DNA of 61,422 nt, the filler included, from Vannella sp. (Eukaryota): assembly GCA_023345925.1 (NCBI GenBank). It is 4 parts of 4 records of this genome, joined end to end, with 100 filler letters (N's around TTAATTAATTAA, not from the genome) between each part and the next. Parts side by side here need not be neighbours in the genome. Positions count along the whole stretch, not along the records: positions 1 to 21,000 come from JAJQQN010000923.1; 3 more parts are not named here. One strand, given 5' to 3'. The notes under the pieces were generated by a model. That model did no database searches and was not told the DNA's origin. It saw only the letters and a program-made list of their open reading frames with translations. Shown here in pieces: positions 1 to 11,959 of the stretch (within the stretch, counting starts at the first letter, position 1; every line of letters begins with the position of its first letter). Position numbers and translations under genes: made by a program.

Positions 1-199
1 TCACTCGAATCTTCACCGAGAGGGTTCCCGGAACCTACAGACCAGCAGAAAGGAACTTGGAGGCGTAATCGACCGCTCTCTTTCATATTACACTGCTTTC
101 AATGACATTGCAGTGAAAAGGGGGCAAAGGAGCGCCGTCTGAGGGAAGGTCGGAAAGAGTTTTGGAAAGTTCTTTCTTTTGGGAGCCGAGGGCGCTCGG

Positions 200-2222
200 A
201 TGTCCGCCATTAACTCTGGGGGCGATGAGGACTATGTTAACACGTCCTATAGCTCTTATGATGGTAACCAGTTCGACTTTGAGTCTCCTATCATGCAGAG
301 GACTCGCAATGTGCCTGAGGGACCCACTTACGACACTCTCTCCATCCTGCTTGATCAGCCAGGGATGGCGAAGCCCTGCAATGGAGAGACATACGCTCCC
401 AGGAAGCTTCTGGAGGCAATGACTCGCCGGAACACCTTAGCAGTGAAGCAAGCGGCCTCCCAACAAGGAGAAGGAACTTCGCTCAACCGAGTACTCCAGT
501 GGTATCACCTCATGGGGTACGGCTTTGCCGCCACTGTGGGAGCAGGTACGTCCCTCGTGCTCTGCTATACTCATCCTAACCGGAAAGCAGGAATCTTTGT
601 GGTTGCTGGCCAAGTAGCGAACCAAACAGCAGGCCCTGGCATCATCTTCTCCTTCCTGATAGCTGCATTCTCTTCCTTGCTATCTGCGTTCTGTTATAGC
701 GAGTACGCAGTGCGCGTACCGCTCTCTGGCTCTGCGTACACGTTCTCTTACGTTACTTTGGGGGAGCTCATTGGGTTCTTGTACGTCTCCTCCTGGATCA
801 CTCATCATAGTAGCCTTATCATACCTCCTGTGTAGCATTGGATGGAACCTCACCTTGGAATACGCGATCAGTGCTTCAGGTGAGCCTCTCTTCTCATGTT
901 GTGGGCTGGCATTGAGTCGGAAGGGGTCTAGCTATAGCAAGAAGCTGGGGAAACTACCTACAGAATGTATGGGATCAAGTTCTGTGCTCTTACGACCTCT
1001 GCATGTGGCCCTGGCTCTACAATTGGGCTCCATTCGGATGGGACGTCAGCTTCTCTCCTCTCTCCCTGGTGATCATTGCCGCCTGTACTTTGGTACTCCT
1101 CATTGGAGTGCAAGAGAGTGCATCTATCAACCTCTTCATGACCGGTTTCAACCTCATTCTGATCTGCTTTGTCATCCTTTACGGCGCTTTCTTCATCAAC
1201 TCAGAGAACTGGTCTCCCTTCCTCCCCTACGGAGTGACTGGCGTCATCAATGGCGCAGCCATAGTGTTCTTCTCGTATGTGGGCTTTGATGCAGTCACCA
1301 CGTTAGCTGGGGAAGTAGAAAACACCAAAAGAGACTTGCCCATCGGCATTGTCGGCACTTTGGCCATTGTCACCTTCCTGTACTGTGCCGTTTCATTGGT
1401 CATTACGGGGATGGTGCCTTACAACCAGATTAATGTGAACGCAGGCTTATCTGATGCGTTCAGCCAAGTGGGGGCTCAATGGGCTTCTGTGATTGTCGGA
1501 CTTGGATCTGTGACAACGTTATCAGCAACCACCTTTGCTACGTTACTAGGGCAACCTCGTATCTTCTTCCAGATGGCCAAAGATGTGAGTTTGGTCCATT
1601 ACCACTGACAGGGGAGTGAGCTGACTCCATGCAGGGCCTCTTCTTTGGCGCTTTTGCAAAGTTGACAAAGAAAGGTGTACCTGCGATAGGCACAATCATT
1701 TCAGGGCTATTTGCCATGATTTTCTCCTTCACTCTGTCGTTGGGGGAGCTGACAGACATGATTTCTGTGGGAACCTTAATGGCTTTCACTGTTGTTTGTG
1801 CTGGAGTGGTTATCTTGCGTCACCAAAGTCCTTCTCGCCCACGTGACGCGCCATCTCTTATGGCTCTGTTTTTAGTCAGTTGTGGGTTCTCGAGTGTCAG
1901 TATTATCTATCAGTGGCCGCATTGGTGCTCGCTGCTTTACGTGTTCCCACCTATCATTATTATGTTCACTTTCTTCATCTTCCCCGTCGCAGATATTCCA
2001 GATGGATTCAAGACGCCCTTAGTTCCCATTGTGCCTTGTGTGGGAGCTTACATCAACATTTACTTGATCTTCTCTTTGGATATCTGGGCCATTGCTCGAG
2101 TCTTTGCCTGGACCCTTCTGGGGCTGATTATTTACTTTCTGTATTCCGTTCGAAACAGCAAACAAGGCATTTATGAAAACCTCCTCTCACAGTCTTCCAA
2201 GCAAGCATCGGGTTCGCTTTAA
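200..2222 (+). CDS. Cationic amino acid transporter (APC/SLC7 family), multi-exon
   Basis: ATG at 200. Motifs GAGIFV, GPGIIFSF, CYSEYAVRVPLSGSAYTFSY, IGWNLTLEY, FFSYVGFDAV, QPRIFFQMAKDG and FKTPLVPIVPC. Introns include 546-590 and 1585-1634. Confidence 0.93.
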
Positions 2223-2287
2223 TAAAGCCAAGTTGTTCTTCTCTGCTTATGAAGGCTTCCCTTGAAGGGGCTCTGAGTCACTGACTG

Positions 2288-5200
2288 CTAAAGGGGTTTA
2301 CCAGAGCAGCCCCTTCTTCTTCCCCTCGGCCTCTCGAGCAAGGAGTTCATTCTGAGTCAATTGAGTACGCTGAAGGAGATTTGCCATCTGAGACTCACAT
2401 TGAGAATGACCAGAAGCTGGGAACGCACATTTCTCAGTCTCTTTTCGAACTGTTCAGATCTCATCGAAACACGCTCAGAGTTAATCACTACATTCTTATG
2501 AATACGAGGCGAGGATGTGAAGGAGCACTGTTGCAACTCACGCTTCGTGAAGAAGAAATTCCTTGATTCCTCGTCATGTTCAAACACAACAGGTTCTTGC
2601 AAGAAAGGCCGGGAGCGTTCTTTCACTGATTCTTTGAAGCAAATGGACATTCTTCAACACGATTAGCAAAGGAATATCACCGCAAGGAGTTTCTTACTGA
2701 TAGAAGAAGCCCTCGCTTTCTATCTCTACAGCGTCTGCGGGCACCAACTCAATGGAGGAAGTAAGGGACTTTTGCCTTTGAGCACGGAGGTAGGCCTGGG
2801 AGGCTGCAAGGGCTCGGTTGGCTGTGGGCTGCTCCTCTTTCTTCCGCTTCCGTTGGGCCACCTTCTCAGGACACTTTCCCCGAGCGGGTTGAACAACCAC
2901 AAAAACGTGGTTAAAGTGAGAAGCAAATCCTGAAGGTGTGAAAGGGTCCGAGCCCTCATCTTGGAAGATAATGACGATAACGTCGTTTCCCACATGCCTC
3001 TTGCGGTGCAGCTGCTGCCGGTTCTCTGGGTCGTAAGGAAGGAGAGTGGAAGTGTGAAACATGATCTCAAACGACTCTCCAAACTGTGTGTAGACACTAT
3101 GAGTTCCTGTGGTGTCACTGGCAGTGTCTAAGCCACCCCGGAACCCTTCAAAGCCTTTCAAAGCAATTTTCTTTCCCAAAAAGCGGAGAAACTCCTCGTA
3201 GGCTTCTGAACCGTGCTCATTAGAGAACATATCGTCATCCAGTACTTGTCCAGACTTGCGATAGACCACTCCGAACTTGTACTGCTTTGATTCGAGATGT
3301 TTCCTTTCAAAGTCAATGAGAAGATCCTTCGCAGAAGGGTCTTTCAGCTGCTGAAGCACATAATCAACTATCATTGGGTGTTGCCGGAGGGCCCGAAGTC
3401 TATCTTTGGGAGTTTCACAGCAAACCAGAATGCGAATATCTTCATCTTTGGTTCGGAGGAGGGCCCGATAGCTATACTGGTTGTCCACGAATTGACCTTC
3501 CACTTCAATAGACACAATAATGATCGAGGATTGGTCCTCGCTTGCCCCTGCGTAGTTCTCATGAGTGATGAGTGCCAGAAGGTTGGCGTAATAAGCCACG
3601 CCTCGCTCTAGGTATTGGATGAAAGACGGGTTTGTGTCTGTTGCCAGTTCTCCTTCCTGGAGCTGAGAGATGGGCGATTCAATGTTAAAGCCAGGCGTGT
3701 TGTGGATTAGTGGTGAATTCTCCATACTTGCCAGCCTGACAGATGTCCGCTGTGTTTCTAACCAGTCCTTCTGAGATCCAGTGCCACGCTGAAGAGAGAG
3801 CCCACACATCTCTTTGATAGAAACTCCGCTACTGAGGGCTTTGACGACAGCGGCAGCGGTCGGGCGCTGCGAAGGCTCAAGATTGGTACACACTTGGAAC
3901 ATATCAATGAGATGCTGGTACTTTGTGGGGTCTATTACTCCTCTGCAGGCGCTAACGGACATACTTCGGCCCCGTTCCCGTTCTCCTCGTAAGTTGGAAG
4001 GGAGTTCTGGTCTCTCATTTTTGTCATCTGAGCTAAGAGAAGAGTCCCCGTATGGTTCTTGCATCGTTAGCATCTGGAAGAGTATAATCCCTAAGCTCCA
4101 GATATCACCTGGTAGAGTGCCACGCTGCCGGTCCCCATTTCGTATCTCAGGAGCGAGATAGTTCGTACTTGAGAAGAACACTTCGTTCTCCTTGTTGACT
4201 TGCCATTGAGCATCTCTTTTGGCCATAAAGAAAGGTCCCAAAGCAAGATAAGGAGGCACTCCCTTCTCCTTCTCCTGTGTAATAACATAAACAAGCTGGG
4301 GATGCAGAGATCGGTGCACCACACCGGCCTCATGAAGACACTGAAGCCCCAAAGCCATGTCCAACGCGAATTGCGTTATTGTTTCTGGGTCCAGTACGCC
4401 GCTCTCACTTGCGTAGCTAGTTTGATTGAGGTACTCTGCCAAAGTAGAGCTTGGAAAGGAGACGAACATCTGGACCTGGTTCGACACTTTGCTAAGTTGA
4501 ATCACAGAAAGTACGTTTTGGTGAGAGACTTCGTCAATGAAGTGGAGACTGGAGAAGATAGCCTCCATGTCTTCTTCATCTTGACACTTGATATGGTGTA
4601 CGCAGCAGTACCAGGGGCCTGCCCGGGCGTAGTGGAACTGCTCGTTCATGCGCTCTTGAAGTTCTAACTCATTCGCAAGTTGCTTGTGGGCTCGGCGGCT
4701 GGACCTTCCTATGGTGCCCATTTGTATCGTACTGGAGCTCTTTTGGTTGCTGATTGGGCGACGCCCGGCTTGCTGGTGCTCAGACAGGATACGTTTGGCG
4801 TTGGAGAGGAGAGTACTGGTCTCGATCAGCTCCTTCTCGATGTCCTTGTAGCTTTCCAGAGACTTCTTGATCATGCTATCGTAAGATCTGTTCTCTGCAA
4901 CGAGTCAGAGCCTGTCAAACACGGGAAAGTTTACCTTGAAGGAGCTTAAGTATCTCAGGTATCGTCGTAAAGGACGTCAAGGGCTTTCCAGAGTTAGACA
5001 GAGCCTCTGGGTTGGCTCCTTGTCGAATGAGTAGCAGGATAGTGTCTGCTTGGGGACGTGCAGAGAGGGCGTAGTGCAAAGGAGTCTCCCCTCGACTGTA
5101 TCACACTGGTTCGTGAGTTGAGCAGCCCCAGCAGTCAAGAGAACGTACTTGTTGATAGCATTCACATTGCAGCGGTTGTCGTACAGGAAGCGGAGGGCCA

Positions 5201-5663
5201 GGTGGTTGTTATTCATCGCGGCGTAGTGAACCGCGGCCTCTCCGAAGCGATTGCGATGATTCAGGTCAATACCACGCTGCAATAGAAGCCCTAGGATCTC
5301 TTCGTATATCTCTCGATCCTCGAGGGAAGGAGGACGCTTGCACAGGTAGATAAGCGATCCGTTCTGCTCCGAGTTGAAGATGCCGACTTTCAGCGCCTTC
5401 AAAGAGAGGAGAGCGCGGCAGATAGTGTACCGGCCATCTACAGCTGCAGATAGGAGAGGTGTCCACCCCTGCTCGTCCTGCTGGTTGACGTCAACCTTTC
5501 TACACCGATTCAGCAGCCAGAAGACCACTTCGCTCTGGTTGTTCTGCACTGCCGCCTGCAGCGGCGTCTGGTGATCTTCCACTTCATTTGGGTTCGCCTT
5601 CGAGTCAATCAGCCTCTTCACTTCATCCAAATGGCCCTGCCAAGCAGCCTGGACCAGCGACAT
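2288..5663 (-). CDS. Ankyrin repeats + pseudokinase + Rap/Ran-GAP domain protein, multi-exon (3' end approximate)
   Basis: ANK repeats in 4977-5663 (TPLQAA, GWTPLLSAA, GEAAVHYAA). Kinase fold HRSLHPQ..YLAPE..DIWSLG..RPTA. RapGAP motifs YKFGVVY, GFRGGLD, EIMFHTSTLLP, RKRHVGND. Spliced tail reads FTKLINSER. Confidence 0.85.
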
Positions 5664-6643
5664 GTCACGCAGAGGCCTCTTCCCTTATCAAATGAGTCCA
5701 GACAGTCAAAAGCTCGATTATTTATACATTGAAAGAGAGCAGAGGCGTGCTCAGTGGACGATAGGGAACAGTTGCGACCAAACGAGGATCTGGCGCTCGG
5801 CTGCTTCGAGGATCTGCATGTGAGGAGCGAACGTGTGTGTCTCTGGGGTACTTCGTAAGAGTATGCTCTGCGGGAGGAAGACTGGGGTTAGAGAAGCGAG
5901 CTGGAGGAAGCAACAAAGCGTGTTCTTACAAGAGTTTGCATCCTTGTGATGATGGTTTCGTTCTCTTGTGGAGAGAGTTGTAGATAGCAGAGCATCTTTG
6001 ACAAGAAGCCAGCATAGCGAACTTTCAAGAGAGCCAGCTGCACCAAGGATAAGTAAAGTGGAAGAAGAAAAAGCTCTCTTGCAGCACGTACAGTTTCCCA
6101 GTAACGCTTATCAGGAGAAGAGACGGGAGAGGGGGGTGACGTGCACATGTTCAGAGACTTGCGAAAAAATATCAGACCGAGCGTCCAGCTCCGCATCTGT
6201 ACCACAACTGTGGCGAATCCACGAGGAAACAACTGATCGATTCTCTGAACTGATCTCCAGATCTGCAACAAAGTGCCTTTTCGGGAGAAGAAAGACCGCC
6301 CGCGCTTCTAGAGCAACTTCGAGAGAAGTATTTCCAACGTAACAATGATCTGCCTTAAATTAGCGTAATAATGATGGGAATTAAAGGAAAGTGCAAGATG
6401 ACTCATTTTCCTTTTCCACTCCCCATCCCGATCGGGACCGATGTGATCGACTTCCTTAGTACGGTTCGTTGAGCACAGTCGGCAGACCACAAAGCTGTTT
6501 GCTTCATTCAAGAAGTAGTCAGTCTCCCCTTCATCGCGTCCCGCTCGTTTGTTATGACCAACATCCTGATCCAATAGGAGCTGGAGGAGATGGCGATGTT
6601 CTGTTTATGAGAGTTTCCCTGCCATGCTTGAAGTACTAGCTCC

Positions 6644-8839
6644 TCAAACAAGCTTGGGAGTCTTGATTACCTCCAGTTTGCTTGGTGTCACCCTCAAACT
6701 TGCCTGCTGCCGTCCTCTTTTCCTTCCTCTTGTACGAGAACCAGGAGCTCTGGAGTCATACAAAGGAAACCATTTGAAGGAGTCTCCAAAGAACTCGGAG
6801 GTAGCTGTACCGTCGCAAATGATAATGGAGCCTTGGAAATGGAGGCTCTCGATGGCCTTCCGCACCTCGCAATCAACTTGGTTCCAACGCTTTGCATCTG
6901 ATTTGAGTTCGAAAAGAGCAAAGAATAGCAAAGTGACGTTCTCTTCCTTCACAAGTAGGGCGGAGATTTGATTTCCTGGCGCCGATTCTCCCTCTGGAAC
7001 GCTGAAGAGAATGCGCCGCATTCGCATGAGATTCTCCAATGCCACGGTGAAAGTAGCCGCTGAGAATGCCTCTGGTTTGGGTCCTTCTGTGAAACTGAAC
7101 TCATCTTGAATGAACAAGAGATGGTTCTCCTTGGACTCGTCGTCTTTGAAGATGAGGAGCTTCTCTCCCAACGACTGGCACTGAGAGTGGGCCACAATCA
7201 TCGTAGGCAATTCGAGAACACTTGGAAGCTCTACGATTTGGCTTCCTCTGATGAGGGCCCTCTTTGCCTCCCTAGAGGGTTCTTCAGCGAGGTCTTGTTC
7301 ATCAAAGTCTTCGGAGCAGTACGGAGCGCGGATAACATGTTGGACAGCGCTAAGAGAGATCACACCAGAGCAGGCGCCAAAGCAGACGCTTGCGGAAGGT
7401 AAGAGGGACCGAAGTGACTTGACTGGCATGAGAGGCAGACTCGCGCTCTCCGCAGAAGCCATTTGCATCTTCAAGAGCATGAATTGGGTTGTAACTTTCT
7501 CAAGGGAGGTTGTTTTTTCAACCAGAGCACAGCAAGTGGATGAGAATAGCTCAAGGATGCGTTTCGCAATGACTGAGTGTTCGCCTGTTTCGTTTCGAGT
7601 AGCCCATTCCTGAGTGCAGCCCAAAGAGATTCTTGGAACAAAAAGACAATATTCGTAGGGGTTAGCGGTGATGCTACTCAAACAAACCAAACTCTCGAGG
7701 AGATCTGAGACTTTGCACCCTCCAATCTCTTGATGCGGCGAAATCTTCTCACAAAAGATGGCTTTCGCCAACAGCTCCGGAAAGCACTCGTCCAGCCTGT
7801 CTCCGTTGCGTCTGATGATGAGCTGGAGTCTCTCTACAACAATGTCGCGGACTTGCTCCATTGAGACCGAAGTGGAGGTTTCGAAAGCTTCCAGAAGGCT
7901 TGTCAAAATGTGGCCAATCGAGTCCCAATGGCCTCCAGTCAATCCAATGGTGAATCGAAGAGCCTGATTCCAGTCTGGAATCTTTTGCGAGAGACTCTGG
8001 AACGGAGAAGAAGCCACGAGTGATGCGAATGCATCCTCAGGAACATCTGCCACCGACTTTACTGGGAACCAGCAGATTTGGCATGCAGACGACGTTGCTA
8101 ACATCAGAGCCACGTCGCTTGAGTAAATCGGACGAGGGTAAGAGAAGACGAAGAGTACACGTTCTGAAATCTTTCCTGACAGTCTGACGCCAAGCGTTGA
8201 TTCAATGACCTTGATTGCTCTATCACCATCGGAACCAGAAAGAGCCTCTAGGTTTGCATTCGCGGAGTCGTCAACAAGAACGAAGATCTTTCCTCCCGGG
8301 ACTTGGGAGCAAATGCTGTCGAAGAGCTTTTCAAGGCAGCAGTCGCGAAGAAACTCAGTTTCCATGAAGAAGGATCGAAGACGATGAAAGCTTTCCGGAG
8401 TGAAACGCTCATTCAACAAGAGTGCTTCAATGATCCTCACCACAAGGCCTTGTTGGGGAGTGATGTCTCCTTCATCTGGCTCAGTCATGCTGAAGGTGAC
8501 GGGAATCACCCAATCAGGACCACTGCTTTCCATTCCAGATGTGAAGTATTCCGCCATGTTCTGCAAAGTGGAGCTCTTGCCTCCTCCTGGGGGGCTATGA
8601 ATGATTCCGTAGGGCGCCCGATTTCTCCATGCGCATAGGGATTTTAGGTCAGCCTGGATAAGACGTGCGAGATCATTAAGCTCGATTATTCGGTCATACT
8701 GCTTTCGCATCAGCGCTCTGCCGGTCGGCTTCACTTGGGACCAATCACTCCGCAAACGGAATCCTCCTTGCTGGAGAATGCCTCTAATCCGCTCCATCAT
8801 ATCCTGCTTGCCAAGGAGGTGAACTTGAGAGTTTCTCAT
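6644..8839 (-). CDS. P-loop NTPase with putative C-terminal restriction-endonuclease-like domain (Crinkler/RHS-effector-like)
   Basis: 731-aa intronless ORF. Walker A SPPGGGKSS, Walker B IFVLVDD, helical motif LTGGHW, C-terminal LLIFKDD..LLFIQDEFS. Confidence 0.6.
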   Translation of the reverse strand: MRNSQVHLLGKQDMMERIRGILQQGGFRLRSDWSQVKPTGRALMRKQYDRIIELNDLARLIQADLKSLCAWRNRAPYGIIHSPPGGGKSSTLQNMAEYFTSGMESSGPDWVIPVTFSMTEPDEGDITPQQGLVVRIIEALLLNERFTPESFHRLRSFFMETEFLRDCCLEKLFDSICSQVPGGKIFVLVDDSANANLEALSGSDGDRAIKVIESTLGVRLSGKISERVLFVFSYPRPIYSSDVALMLATSSACQICWFPVKSVADVPEDAFASLVASSPFQSLSQKIPDWNQALRFTIGLTGGHWDSIGHILTSLLEAFETSTSVSMEQVRDIVVERLQLIIRRNGDRLDECFPELLAKAIFCEKISPHQEIGGCKVSDLLESLVCLSSITANPYEYCLFVPRISLGCTQEWATRNETGEHSVIAKRILELFSSTCCALVEKTTSLEKVTTQFMLLKMQMASAESASLPLMPVKSLRSLLPSASVCFGACSGVISLSAVQHVIRAPYCSEDFDEQDLAEEPSREAKRALIRGSQIVELPSVLELPTMIVAHSQCQSLGEKLLIFKDDESKENHLLFIQDEFSFTEGPKPEAFSAATFTVALENLMRMRRILFSVPEGESAPGNQISALLVKEENVTLLFFALFELKSDAKRWNQVDCEVRKAIESLHFQGSIIICDGTATSEFFGDSFKWFPLYDSRAPGSRTRGRKRGRQQASLRVTPSKLEVIKTPKLV

Positions 8840-9188
8840 CTACTGATGTCTCACCACGTCCACCTTGGGAGAAAGGGCGAGCAAAAAAGAGTGTCATTGA
8901 GCAAGAAATGATTCGCCCTTTTGAGTTTGGTCTGGGGATTGCTCCAAATACAAGGTCAATCTGTTCAGTGTTGAGTAGACGAGCAAATCCCCATCTTGGA
9001 TTATTGAATATGCCCCAAGGAGTACTGGAACATTTCAGACCAGCAACCACGGACTTCCATCAAGAATGGATCAAGTCCACGCTCCCTTTGTCTATTCTTC
9101 TCCATTGAGACTAGTAGTCCATCATTCTGTGACATGACTCATTCCTAAGTGAAGACAAAATCAGAACGCATTCATCCGTTCATTCATT

Positions 9189-10235
9189 TTAAGTGGAAGC
9201 ATCCCGCGTTCTACTCCCTTGCAGGAACTCCCCAGTGAGTGAACCAGAGCTGCCTGAGAGGATCAAGTAATAGAAGTTGTGGATAGTCTCTGCACGCACT
9301 TTGATCAGGGCAAACTGGTTTTGAAGGCGCTGAGTCAAGGTGTTGTAATCCGTCCGGTCTCCAGGAGCCGAGTGGAACTCGACCGGCACTAGGGCGTGGC
9401 TCTGGCTCTTGAAAGGATTCTGCGGGAACAGCCTGCAGATCTTCAGCTCTGTCATCCAGTCCGCGAGGATGGAGGGACCTCTCTCTCGGTATGAGGGTGA
9501 AGAGATGGTGGGAATGACCCTCACATTGAGATGAGGGAGAATGTCTCCCATCTCTCCTCCCCAAAGGATGGTACGGCCACCCGCAGCGACGGAGAGACTT
9601 GTGTGCTTGATGTTGGAGAGCGGTTCAGGCATGTCGTTGAGGATCTGAAGGAAGGGCTCTAGGTCCTTATCCGTCGATTCACGGAGGATAACACCCTCTT
9701 GCATTCCAATATCTGTCATCCAGACGTTCTTCAGACTCTCAATACGAGCGGTACAGAGAAGAGACACCTTCGCACGGGGGGCGATGACTTTAACCATGGC
9801 AGAGAGTTTGACCGTCTTGTTACCCTCCACAAGGATACTGACTCCTGAAGGCTCAGAGCAGGTCGCCACGACGATGTAAGAGTCTGCAGGGGGGATGTTT
9901 ACATTGTAGAGTAAGGCTTGGTACAACGCCTGCGTCAGAGCTGAGGAGTGGCGAACACTCCCTTCCCATTCTACGAGATCGATCCAAGAGACCAAGTCTT
10001 TCAAGCACTTGACTCGCTCAAGGCACTGGACAGAGTTGGGGGCGGCTGCTGAGCCGTAAAGGATCAACGCGTACGTTAGTGAGACCCCAGCAGAGACGTG
10101 CTTCTTCTCAAACGACTCCAACATCGTCCGGATCATCTGTTTTCGTTGCTCCACCTCCTGAAGGGAGAGCGCGGAGGTATCCAACACAAGGACGACATGT
10201 TTGGTGCTCGGTTTTGGCTTGCCACTGGTTGCCAT
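9189..10235 (-). CDS. MED25: Mediator subunit 25-like (vWA + ACID/PTOV-like domain)
   Basis: N-terminal HVVLVLDTS..YALILY..VQC..LVSWIDLVEWEG..ALTQAL matches the Med25 vWA pattern. C-terminal ILWGGEM..DWMTELKI..PVEFH..YLIL..LTGEF matches the ACID pattern. Confidence 0.7.
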   Translation of the reverse strand: MATSGKPKPSTKHVVLVLDTSALSLQEVEQRKQMIRTMLESFEKKHVSAGVSLTYALILYGSAAAPNSVQCLERVKCLKDLVSWIDLVEWEGSVRHSSALTQALYQALLYNVNIPPADSYIVVATCSEPSGVSILVEGNKTVKLSAMVKVIAPRAKVSLLCTARIESLKNVWMTDIGMQEGVILRESTDKDLEPFLQILNDMPEPLSNIKHTSLSVAAGGRTILWGGEMGDILPHLNVRVIPTISSPSYRERGPSILADWMTELKICRLFPQNPFKSQSHALVPVEFHSAPGDRTDYNTLTQRLQNQFALIKVRAETIHNFYYLILSGSSGSLTGEFLQGSRTRDAST

Positions 10236-10312
10236 GGAGCTCCCAACGAATGACTACGGTGGATTACAAGTTGCAACACCATCAGAGACTCTCTTTATCC
10301 ATTTTCCTGGTC

Positions 10313-11663
10313 ATGTCGGAGGCTCTGCTCGCTGTTGGAGTGCCCACGGTCCTTCAAGCCACGCCAGAGAAGCCATTCACAGTAAGAGGTGATGGTTAGT
10401 GAAGGATTGGGTCTGACGTGAGGGCTGGTAGAGGTACGAGGTGGTGGTGACGTACAAGGGACAGTCTTGGCGGCTTTCGAAGCGGTTCAGCGCCTTTGAG
10501 GAGCTTCACAATCAAATGAGCAAGGTCATTGTGAAGAACGCGCTACCGCCTTTCCCGAAGAAGAAGCTAGGGAAGGCAGCAAAGGATCCCCTCTTTCTTG
10601 AGTCACGAAGGCTCCAGCTCCTTTCTTACATGAATAGCCTCATCAAGAACCCCACAGCCCGAGACTCTAAGGATATGGATCTCTTCCTTGGACTCTCAAA
10701 GCGCAGGGGTGATGCTTCAGACCTTCCTAAGGACGAGAACAGCCTCGCCAATGTCCCTGGTGGTCCTGCCCCGCTTGAACTGTTCCGCCAGCAGAACGAG
10801 AGAGTTCTATCATTGAATGTTGTCCCAACAATAGACAATGTAGCGCATGGAGGTGCCAAACTGGACAGCTCACAGCCTGCTGACGCACAGAATCTCCAGG
10901 TAGAGACACTACCAAAGGTAAAGAGGATACCAGAGAGATTTCCTTTACACCGAGTCGCAATGGAACAGGATCCTGAGCCCCTGGAGACGCTCATCCCCGG
11001 TTTAATGGACCGCATTGATGAATTGAATGAGGAAAAGATGACTCCTCTTCAACTGGCAGCTCTCAAAGGACGTCCAGAGAACGTCAGAATACTACTCAGA
11101 GCCAAGTCCAACGTAACTCTGCAAGATAACAAGGGGTAAGTGAATACTCAGAGGCACATCTTCAGTGAGTGACCTCCAAGGGGATCAGCAATTCACTATT
11201 GCACTTTGCTGCAAAGGGAAAGTCCTTGCAAGTCCTCCAAATCATCCTTCAGTTGGAGGTGTTGGAGGTGAATGGGGTGAATGAAGACAAAGACACTCCT
11301 CTCCATATCCTGTCAAAGCACGTGCCACCATCGTATGATACCGAGCTGCTCTGCTCTTTACTGAAGCATGGGGCTCTTCCCAATTCACCCAACACCGTGG
11401 GGGCTACTCCATTGCATTACTGTGCGGCGACGGGCAAGTTGAGTTGGTGCAAGCTCTTATTACTCCAGGACAGAGTTGCAATCAACCAACAAGACATCAG
11501 GGGAGAGTCGCCTATCCACTATGCTACTCGGTATGTGAAGAGCAAAGTAGTGACCTTCCTTATCGAACAATCTGCCGATGTCTCTGTACAGGGCGTGGAA
11601 GGCTCGCCCCTTGACATCCTTCTTGCTCGACGCGCTTCCAAAGCCGCCAAGTTGGCAGTATAA
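10313..11663 (+). CDS. PX domain + ankyrin repeat protein, 3 exons
   Basis: ATG 10313, intron 10382-10431. PX motif PFT-RYEV..KRFSAFEELH..LPPFPKK..FLESRRLQLLSYM. ANK repeats TPLQLAA, TPLHIL, TPLHYCA, SPIHYA. Confidence 0.88.
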
Positions 11664-11959
11664 ATCTTCAAACATTTCTATCATGCCACCCAATTATGCT
11701 GCATTAGGATGACCGTTCGGGTCTCCTTCCCTCCAAATACGAACCTTCTCATCCCATGTATCAGATAGATGTGCCCCCAGCGAGCTACATGCGCCTGGGG
11801 CAGAGAGAACAGAGGGGAAGAGATCTCGCGGTGCAACCGTCCGGACTGAACCTGAAGTCCGCTTGGGAGATGGGAATTCCTGTGGGGTTTGCGGGGTGTT
11901 GTAAGAAATATGGTAATAGTTTTATTGTGCCCTGGACGTTACCATTTGTTGTTGGACGG

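Noticed and set aside
5700..6620. Short ORFs on both strands between the RapGAP and NTPase genes
   Set aside because: No ATG-anchored coherent gene model and no recognisable motif.
11756..11959. Apparent 68-aa N-terminal extension of G-alpha
   Set aside because: The MG-xxxx-C lipidation start at 11960 fits the family; the upstream in-frame stretch is probably UTR or promoter.
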